Positions 56,718 through 64,000 of a stretch of 64,000 nt of DNA are shown in pieces. The first letter of the stretch is position 1; every line of letters begins with the position of its first letter. Under the pieces are notes generated by a model. It searched no databases and was not told where the DNA came from. It saw nothing but the letters and a program-made list of their open reading frames with translations. Origin of the DNA: Williopsis jadinii. Lineage: Eukaryota. The stretch lies in assembly GCA_024346625.1 (NCBI GenBank), contig AP024665.1, positions 2,170,001 through 2,234,000 on the forward strand. The letters are read 5' to 3'. A program made the translations under genes and the position numbers.

Positions 56718-57410
56718 ATGAGATTTACGCATTCTTTGGCGGCGCTTATGCTTGGATCTTTGGCGTCGTGCGGTAGTGTCAAGTTGTTAGCGCAGAACAT
56801 CAATACCCATGAGTCTCTGGCGATTGGGACCTTGAACTACGACGAGGACACGCTGCGTGCTGAGATGGTTGACTCCATTGACGAGTTGTTGCCGGGCTGC
56901 TACCGTCTTGGTGTGCAGCATGGCATGTTCTTCAAGGGGTACGGGTACGATGAGGTGAGTACAGGTGTTTCTGTTGTGTTGTTTGGGAGAGAGCGCGTGG
57001 ACATGGACTAACAAGGAGCACAGCTGGAGAGCCCATCAGGGTATGACGTTACACTCACCACCACGATGGATGGTGAGATATTTGATATTTCGTTCAAGAA
57101 GAGCTCAAAGAAGGGGTTGACGCCTCATGTCAAGCAGGTCACACCGGGCCCATGGCCCTTGATCACGTACCAGAAGGAGACTGCAACCGCTCAGCAGGAA
57201 AACACCGAGGAACCTGAGGAAGCCGTGGGTATACTCTGAATTACTCTTTACCAGTTGACCTACTAACACCAACCGCAGGCCCCACAAACGTTTATGCAAA
57301 AGTACTGGATGTACATCCTACCAGTGGGGATCTTTTTGCTCTTATCGATGGGAGATCCACCGGCTAAGAACAACCAGCAGAGGAGCGAGATTGAAAGATT
57401 GAACAACTGA
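56718..57410 (+). CDS. EMC10: ER membrane complex subunit Emc10; 3 exons (56718-56954, 57024-57224, 57279-57410), about 189 aa
   Basis: Signal peptide and C-terminal TFMQKYWMYILPVGIFLLL. Introns GTGAGT...GACTAAC...CAG and GTGGGT...TACTAAC...CAG give one open frame. Confidence 0.8.
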
Positions 57411-58273
57411 TATGTATAGAGGCAAATGAATATGGGCCCTGGTGGATCACCACGATACATTATTTGCAGAAGGATGTGTCTCTCTTCACTGGTGCTCTTT
57501 TCCTCTCAGCAAGTCGCAAGTCCTCCAAACCCAATATGTTAGTCTTCTGTTGATGCTTGGTTGTTTCTTGGTCAACCTTGGACGAGGTGGACTGAAACGG
57601 CACCCACTCTCACGACAAATGTATACCAAATCCTTGATTGCACTCCAACTGGAGGACGATTGTATTTGGACGCTGGAGAGATTGTCCAAACCGTGTAATG
57701 TGCCGTAAGCTCAATGTGTCAACATACATCCATACACCACGCACCCACCACCCAAACGTCCTTATAACATCAACATCGTCCTCCTTCTGTAGCGTGTCCT
57801 CTCTCGCTTCACTCTAGAGCCCGTGTCATCCCCAGCAATGGCTATTAACCATACACACCATGGCCTTGTATTCGTCTCTATAGCACATCGTCGTTCAATT
57901 GACGAACATCCAAGCACTGAACCGATGTTACCGACGTGTAGCTATACAGAACGCCATGGCATCCCTACAATTGGAGCAACGGCGAGCCCACAACCAACAA
58001 TTGCGCAAGAGTCTCCACACAACAGTAGCTTAGGCCCCGTACAAGAGTAATATAACACGACTCACAGCCATACAAGTGACTAAAACAGGTAGCAAGCCAT
58101 GTTCACAGGGGAAAACATCCAAACACCCCGCCTAGCCCCGGTTGGACGAAAAACGGGCCAGCGCCGGTTCCCAGCTTCACGGAGAGAGACACATCAGCCA
58201 CCAAACAAAGCTCGGGTTCAGTGAGCGACAAGCGCGTGTTTGATTGGAACCCCGTATAGAAACTTCAAGTATC

Positions 58274-60547
58274 ATGGATAAACTGTTCAACAGAGGGGGA
58301 AATCTGATGAATAAGCTGCCTATAACGCATAACAGGGCTCCGCCGGCCCAATTGGGGCCTCCAAAGACCATGGCCGCTGCGAACTGTCCGGATAACGTGC
58401 TTGCCTTGATGAACGTTGCTGCTGTGAACCCCGTGGACTTCCCAGACGGTGTCACGATCTCTATAAACGACTTCTACGTCTTCACGACAAAGCAGTCGAA
58501 CGATGTTGCGCCTGGATCGGTTGGCTTGAACGGTACGCAGAGATTATGGGCTGGGTTGTCCCTGAGCGAGCCTATCCAGGTTAGAAAGTACGATATCATG
58601 GCGGCCACTGGTAAACAGACGTATATCGGCACCTGTAACTTGCAAATTTCATTCAGAACCAAGAACAGTGTGACTGATAAGCCGTTTGACCAGGATGAGC
58701 TGTCAAAGGCCTTGATCTCGAAGTTTGAGAACCAAATATTCACACCTTCGCAGCTGTTCTTGTTTGACTTCAAAAGCATCATCTTCGAGGTTAGAGTGGA
58801 GAGCTTACAGGTTGTTGACCTCGTGGACATCGAGAATAACGGCCCTGTGAGTACTTCTATAGAGACGAAGGGACTGTTGTTACCACAGTCCATCGTCAAC
58901 TTCTTCAAAGGACGCGATGGATTAGTCAACCTGAAGTCGAGCTCTATAAGACCAAGATCGGATGCTGTGATCAGACCAGACTTCAAGTTCGAAGAGTTGG
59001 GTGTTGGTGGTTTGGATAAAGAATTCGCCAACATCTTTAGACGTGCATTCGCATCAAGAGTCTTCCCACCTGCCTTTATTGAAAAGCTGGGTATCACCCA
59101 CGTTAAGGGTCTTCTGCTCTATGGTCCACCTGGTACAGGTAAGACCTTGATCGCTAGAAAGATTGGTAAGATGCTTAACGCTAGAGAACCTAAGATCGTC
59201 AACGGTCCTGAAATTCTGAGTAAATATGTGGGTTCCTCTGAGGAAAACATTCGTAATTTGTTCAAAGATGCTGAGGCAGAGTTTAAGGCTAAAGGTGAGG
59301 ATTCCTCGTTACATATCATCATCTTTGACGAACTGGATTCCGTCTTCAAACAAAGAGGCTCTAGAGGTGATGGTACCGGTGTGGGTGACAACGTTGTTAA
59401 TCAGTTATTGGCGAAGATGGATGGTGTTGACCAATTGAACAACATCTTGGTCATTGGTATGACCAATCGTCGTGATCTGATCGATATTGCGTTGCTACGT
59501 CCTGGTAGATTCGAAGTTCAGGTTGAGATCCATTTGCCAGATGAGGCTGGTCGTTACCAAATCTTTGAAATCCATACAAAGAAGATGAGAGAGAATAAAG
59601 CTCTAGCTTCAGATGTTGATCTCCATGAGTTGGCTGCGTTGACAAAGAATTTCTCCGGTGCTGAGATCGAGGGTTTAGTAAAGAGTGCTTCGTCTTTTGC
59701 CATTGATGGTGTGATCAACATTGGTAAGGGTAAGACTAATATCAACCAAAAGACCATTGCCAACATGAAGGTGACGAGAAAGAACTTTTTGGATGCCCTG
59801 GCAGAAGTCACACCTGCCTTCGGTGTGAGTGAGGGTGATTTGAAGATGTGCTTGAAAGAGGGTCTTGTTAACTACTCACCTAAGGTTCATGATATCTTAA
59901 CTATTGGCCATCGTTATGTTCGTCAAACTAAGGAGAAGACCAGTTTGATTTCGCTCTTGATGCACGGACCTTCAGGATCTGGTAAGACTGCTTTGGCTGC
60001 AAAGATTGCTCTAGATTCTGGGTTCCCATTCGTTCGTTTATTATCTCCAGATAACATGGCTGCGATGTCGGAAAGTGCAAAGATCGCATACATTGATAAC
60101 TTGTTTAGAGACGCTTACAAATCTCCGCTGAACATCGTTGTGATTGATGACCTTGAAAAGATCATTGAATGGGTCCCAATTGGCCCAAGATTTTCAAATG
60201 CTATCTTGCAAGTGGTGACCACCTACTTGAAGCGTCATCCCCCAGATGACCGTCGTTTGTTGATTATCACAACCACCTCTTCTTACTCCGTTCTGCAACA
60301 GTTGGATCTGCTGAGCTGTTTTAACAACGACATAGCAGTGCCAAACTTGAGCACTCTTGATGAGTTCAACAACGTGATGGTTGAGAAACAGTTCTTGGAC
60401 GACAAGGGACGTGCAGAGGTGTTGCACAAGCTGGGCTCCATTACACCAAGACTCGATGTTGGTATCAAGAACGCCATGATCAACATTGACAGCGCAACGT
60501 TCGGCGAGAACCCAGTCGACGAGCTTGTTGAGCTCATGGCTAAGTAA
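58274..60547 (+). CDS. SEC18: NSF AAA ATPase for SNARE disassembly
   Basis: GVGGLDKEF, IFRRAFASR, GPPGTGKT, KMDGVDQLNNIL and PIGPRFSN. Confidence 0.97.
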   Translation: MDKLFNRGGNLMNKLPITHNRAPPAQLGPPKTMAAANCPDNVLALMNVAAVNPVDFPDGVTISINDFYVFTTKQSNDVAPGSVGLNGTQRLWAGLSLSEPIQVRKYDIMAATGKQTYIGTCNLQISFRTKNSVTDKPFDQDELSKALISKFENQIFTPSQLFLFDFKSIIFEVRVESLQVVDLVDIENNGPVSTSIETKGLLLPQSIVNFFKGRDGLVNLKSSSIRPRSDAVIRPDFKFEELGVGGLDKEFANIFRRAFASRVFPPAFIEKLGITHVKGLLLYGPPGTGKTLIARKIGKMLNAREPKIVNGPEILSKYVGSSEENIRNLFKDAEAEFKAKGEDSSLHIIIFDELDSVFKQRGSRGDGTGVGDNVVNQLLAKMDGVDQLNNILVIGMTNRRDLIDIALLRPGRFEVQVEIHLPDEAGRYQIFEIHTKKMRENKALASDVDLHELAALTKNFSGAEIEGLVKSASSFAIDGVINIGKGKTNINQKTIANMKVTRKNFLDALAEVTPAFGVSEGDLKMCLKEGLVNYSPKVHDILTIGHRYVRQTKEKTSLISLLMHGPSGSGKTALAAKIALDSGFPFVRLLSPDNMAAMSESAKIAYIDNLFRDAYKSPLNIVVIDDLEKIIEWVPIGPRFSNAILQVVTTYLKRHPPDDRRLLIITTTSSYSVLQQLDLLSCFNNDIAVPNLSTLDEFNNVMVEKQFLDDKGRAEVLHKLGSITPRLDVGIKNAMINIDSATFGENPVDELVELMAK

Positions 60548-60822
60548 GTAAAGGTATAAGTTACAGTCTTAAAGATAAACAAGGCTCAGTCCTCTTGGTG
60601 ATGGTTGTAGAGAAGAACCTTTGCTGTAGCAACAAATGCAGGGCTTCTGAGTATACGGAGGCTCTGGTTTTTCCGATCACCCCCACCCCCACACGGAAAA
60701 ACCTGCGAGAGTTGTTGCGATATGCGCAATGCCAATGGAATATGACTTGGACATAAAAGTAGCACACTTTCCTTCCATTGGACTGTTCAATTAGTTGAGG
60801 AAACCATTGGCTTTAGAAGAAA

Positions 60823-61527
60823 ATGGCACAGAGATTCAGCAAAGATCCAGAGCTCATTGATTTTGCCTACAGTAACCTCAATGGTGTTCCAAAGGGCTCG
60901 GACGACTATGAAAAGATGATTTCAGGAATGCACTACGACTGTTGGGCACCTGAGCTGAGAATAGCACGTGTGAAACGCCATGAGATGGCCAGGCTTTACG
61001 GTGATATTCACCTCAAGGACAAGAGCGAGGAGGAGTTCACCAAGGAAAGGTATGACTACATCTGTAAAGTGTTTGGTAAAGTAGGCAAGGACGTGTACAT
61101 GGAGCCACCGTTCAACGTTGACTATGGGTTCAATATTAGCATAGGGGACTACTTCTATGCGAATTTCAACATGACCATATTGGACTGCTCCATTGTTAAG
61201 ATTGGGAACTACGTGCAATTCGGACCCAACTGTGTGTTAACATGCGCCACTCATCATTTGGATCCCGTGGAGCGGTGTCATAAGAGTAACGAATGGGCTC
61301 GTGAGATTACCATTGGCGATTACGTATGGCTAGGCTCGAATGTCACCATCTTACAGGGCGCAGTGATTGGAGAAGGCGCAGTGATTGGAGCCAACACTGT
61401 CGTGAAGGCTGGACAAATCATCCCTCCTTTCTCGGTATGTGTTGGACAACCGGCACGGGTTGTGAGAACCATTGAGGGCTACGAAGGTAGGGACAAAGTT
61501 GGCTTTAGAGATCTCCAGAGTAGTTAG
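60823..61527 (+). CDS. Maltose/galactoside O-acetyltransferase-like hexapeptide-repeat protein
   Basis: YEKMISGMHY, EPPFNVDYGFNI, YANFNMTILDC, IGDYVWLG and GQPARVVR. Confidence 0.9.
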   Translation: MAQRFSKDPELIDFAYSNLNGVPKGSDDYEKMISGMHYDCWAPELRIARVKRHEMARLYGDIHLKDKSEEEFTKERYDYICKVFGKVGKDVYMEPPFNVDYGFNISIGDYFYANFNMTILDCSIVKIGNYVQFGPNCVLTCATHHLDPVERCHKSNEWAREITIGDYVWLGSNVTILQGAVIGEGAVIGANTVVKAGQIIPPFSVCVGQPARVVRTIEGYEGRDKVGFRDLQSS

Positions 61528-62594
61528 AGATTCTTCACCAGAAAGGTATAAAAGCTCTGAAACGTCCTGTAGTCTCTTCCATAGAGAAAATGTATTTGGT
61601 CTGTAGATATCACAAAGGTGGCCTTCGAAGGTATTAGCTTGTGAGTTCTTCGATACTGTCGAGACCATATAATTCCCGGCACATTGACCTGTAATTGAGA
61701 GTTCGTACACACAACTTCAAACTGGGAGTCTGTCAAAAGAGCCTGCACTCTCTCCAAGTCGAAACTGCCCTCAAAGACCGTTGTCTTAACGTTGTTGAAC
61801 ACGGAGTGTACGATTTGCGGTCTGAAATGGCCAAATGACCAAAACAGAATCCATCTTTTGGTCTTTCCAAGATGGTACTCTTGAACGTTGAAGTTGTCGG
61901 TGTTTTTCGTCAATAAATGGTGTATCAGATGGCTTACAGACGATTTTAAACCGATAAGAGAGCTGAACCACACTGCCTGACGTTGAACGCTTTGGTCGAT
62001 CAGTTTCTTTACGAATCCCACTTCACCACCGTCTTCATAAACAAGCTCAGCTGTGGTTCCCACAACTGAGTCCCTCCTCAAAGCACCCTTTCGTACTGAC
62101 ACACCAGATTTGTCGTAGAACGGCGGGTTGCAAACCATGAAATCGTACTCTGAGCCAACAACACCATCCCCTTCAGCAACCTCGACACCGCTCAGTTTGT
62201 TCGCTTCCACGATCCCCTGAGCATGGCGGATGCTCTGCGGATCAATGTCTATCCCCGTCATTTGCCACCCGAACAGCCTATTGGCCAAGATGGCGTATAT
62301 CGCGTACGCGCCAGTACCAACGTCCAAACCATGGACATGGCGCTTCAGCGTCAGCGACTCATCCAGTATCCGCTTCACAATCCTCAGGTACACCACCCTG
62401 GACGGCACGCTCGGTACGAGATGGCCATCAAGGATTACTACACTCAAGTCGAAGTACTCCTTCAGCAGCACCTTGGTCAAAGCACACTGTCCACCATAGG
62501 AGTACTCGTACACACCGCCGTGCCAGTACCGGCCCAGCTCGTCTGGATATTTGCCTACGAGCTCGTCGTAGTCGATGCTGAACACCCGATTCAT
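61524..62594 (-). CDS. METTL16/Mtl16/RlmF-family RNA m6A methyltransferase (putative U6 snRNA methyltransferase)
   Basis: LTKVLLKEYFDL, LVPSVPSRVVY, GLDVGTGAYAIY (SAM site), catalytic FMVCNPPFY, GGEVGFVKKLI, WFSSLIG and GKTKRWILFWSF. Confidence 0.88.
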   Translation of the reverse strand: MNRVFSIDYDELVGKYPDELGRYWHGGVYEYSYGGQCALTKVLLKEYFDLSVVILDGHLVPSVPSRVVYLRIVKRILDESLTLKRHVHGLDVGTGAYAIYAILANRLFGWQMTGIDIDPQSIRHAQGIVEANKLSGVEVAEGDGVVGSEYDFMVCNPPFYDKSGVSVRKGALRRDSVVGTTAELVYEDGGEVGFVKKLIDQSVQRQAVWFSSLIGLKSSVSHLIHHLLTKNTDNFNVQEYHLGKTKRWILFWSFGHFRPQIVHSVFNNVKTTVFEGSFDLERVQALLTDSQFEVVCTNSQLQVNVPGIIWSRQYRRTHKLIPSKATFVISTDQIHFLYGRDYRTFQSFYTFLVKNL

Positions 62595-63168
62595 GGGCCT
62601 TGAGGCATCAGCTGTTACCGCCCTCACCACCCGTCACCACCCTCTTACGTAACCTGCGGTGCCATCACCGCGCCCGTTTGTTTTTCCTTCACCGGGTGAT
62701 GCCACTGATGTTGTTCATGTGGTTTTTCCGGTCCAGCCTCGCTCTGCAGCAGAGGGAAAAACCGTGGCCTGGAGTTAAGAACATGGGAAGGTCTATGGGA
62801 GGTTAGAAGGCTAAGAGAGAGCGTGTAGTGGTGTCTTTCACGTGGAGGTGGAAGGAGAACGACTTGGGGATCACAACGAGCATAATATCTGTGGATGTTC
62901 ACGCCCGATTGCGTGGCGAATGGCGGATAGTTGTGTCCAATTCTCGGAGTCTCGTGGTTTGGACTTATCAATGCGTGTTGCTCATCTTGCAGGTTGGATC
63001 TGTTGATGTTGTTTCCAGGGGGGAGTGAGGAGGCACGGAGTTGAAACCACACCACCAAAGTCCCAGTGACAGTTATAAAAGGCGACAGCTGCTCTCTCCA
63101 TCTCTAAGTCAATTCTGGGAGGTTTACTTTCCTCCTCACACATACAAACAAGCAAACATTAATCAATA

Positions 63169-64000
63169 ATGTCAATTCCAAAAACACAGAAGGGTGTTAT
63201 CTTCTACGAGAACGGTGGTCCATTGGAGTACAAGGACATTCCAGTCCCAACTCCAAAGCCAAACGAGATCTTGGTCAACGTGAAGTACTCTGGTGTGTGC
63301 CACACCGATTTGCACGCCTGGAAGGGAGACTGGCCATTGCCAGTGAAGTTGCCACTTGTCGGTGGTCACGAAGGTGCCGGTGTCGTCGTCGCCAAGGGTT
63401 CCGAAGTCAAGAACTTTGAGATTGGTGACTACGCCGGTATCAAGTGGTTGAACGGATCGTGTATGTCCTGTGAGTTTTGTGAGAAGTCCTTCGAGGCCAA
63501 CTGTCCAAAGGCCGACTTGTCTGGTTACACCCATGATGGTTCTTTCCAACAGTACGCCACTGCTGATGCCGTCCAAGCTGCAAAGATCTCCAAGGGCACT
63601 GACTTGGCTGAAATTGCTCCAATCTTGTGTGCTGGTGTCACCGTTTACAAGGCATTGAAGACCGCTGACTTGGAGCCAGGTGAGTGGGTTGCCATCTCCG
63701 GTGCTGGTGGTGGTTTGGGTTCCCTTGCCATCCAATTCGCTAAGGCCATGGGTCTTAGAGTCTTGGCCATCGATGGTGGTGATGACAAGAAGCAACTTTG
63801 TCAGGAGCTTGGTGCTGAAGTCTTCATTGATTTCACCAAGACCAAGGACATTGTCAAGTCCATCCAAGATGCTACAAACGGTGGTCCACACGGTGTGATC
63901 AACGTGTCTGTCTCCGAGAAGGCCATTGAGCAATCTACCGAGTACGTCAGAAACTGTGGTACCGTTGTTCTTGTCGGTTTGCCAGCTGGTGCCGTTGCAC
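63169..64000 (+). CDS. ADH1: Zinc-dependent alcohol dehydrogenase (ADH1/ADH2 type), truncated by the window end
   Basis: [43 protein letters not shown] and [16 protein letters not shown] at about 63074. Confidence 0.93.
   Translation, partial: MSIPKTQKGVIFYENGGPLEYKDIPVPTPKPNEILVNVKYSGVCHTDLHAWKGDWPLPVKLPLVGGHEGAGVVVAKGSEVKNFEIGDYAGIKWLNGSCMSCEFCEKSFEANCPKADLSGYTHDGSFQQYATADAVQAAKISKGTDLAEIAPILCAGVTVYKALKTADLEPGEWVAISGAGGGLGSLAIQFAKAMGLRVLAIDGGDDKKQLCQELGAEVFIDFTKTKDIVKSIQDATNGGPHGVINVSVSEKAIEQSTEYVRNCGTVVLVGLPAGAVA

Noticed and set aside
57486..57730. Minus-strand GTATGT and GACTAAC suggesting another intron-containing gene
   Set aside because: No nearby YAG acceptor and no coherent spliced ORF could be built.
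63172..63933. 253-aa minus-strand ORF
   Set aside because: Antisense shadow of ADH; the real plus-strand ORF is missing from the track because it runs off the window.

Overview
A gene-dense 64 kb stretch of a budding-yeast (Saccharomycotina) chromosome. It uses the standard code: CTG encodes conserved Leu in IMPDH ITLKTP and Lon TLTG. The lineage is pre-WGD, and the sequence style is most consistent with Cyberlindnera jadinii/Candida utilis (inference). I annotate about 33 protein-coding genes: INO2, UPC2, TCP1, CDC42, MTC5, an unknown fungal protein, an LtrA-family membrane protein, a bacterial-type SDR, BXI1, NYV1, DPB4, HAP3, PIM1, a YBR287W-like transporter, MTR2, a Sur7-family gene, SMA2, ECM7, IMD, RPS1, TEM1, ORC1, TUS1, ECM30, DIF1, CAR2, GAPDH, FIG1, a dienelactone-hydrolase-like gene, EMC10, SEC18, an O-acetyltransferase, a METTL16-like methyltransferase and a partial ADH. 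There is also one intronic C/D snoRNA (snR54). Ten spliceosomal introns missed by the ORF track were reconstructed by hand. Main signals: (1) a METTL16/U6-m6A methyltransferase co-occurs with 5' splice sites that are mostly +4A and otherwise degenerate; (2) Tem1 has Ser in place of the catalytic Gln; (3) Orc1 carries multiple AT-hooks; (4) the DLH-family hydrolase has a Ser nucleophile; (5) a long stem encloses snR54; (6) the UPC2, SMA2, FIG1 and RPS1 promoters have readable cis-element clusters. No mobile elements, tRNAs or CRISPR arrays were seen. Gene names come from remembered family motifs, not from database searches.
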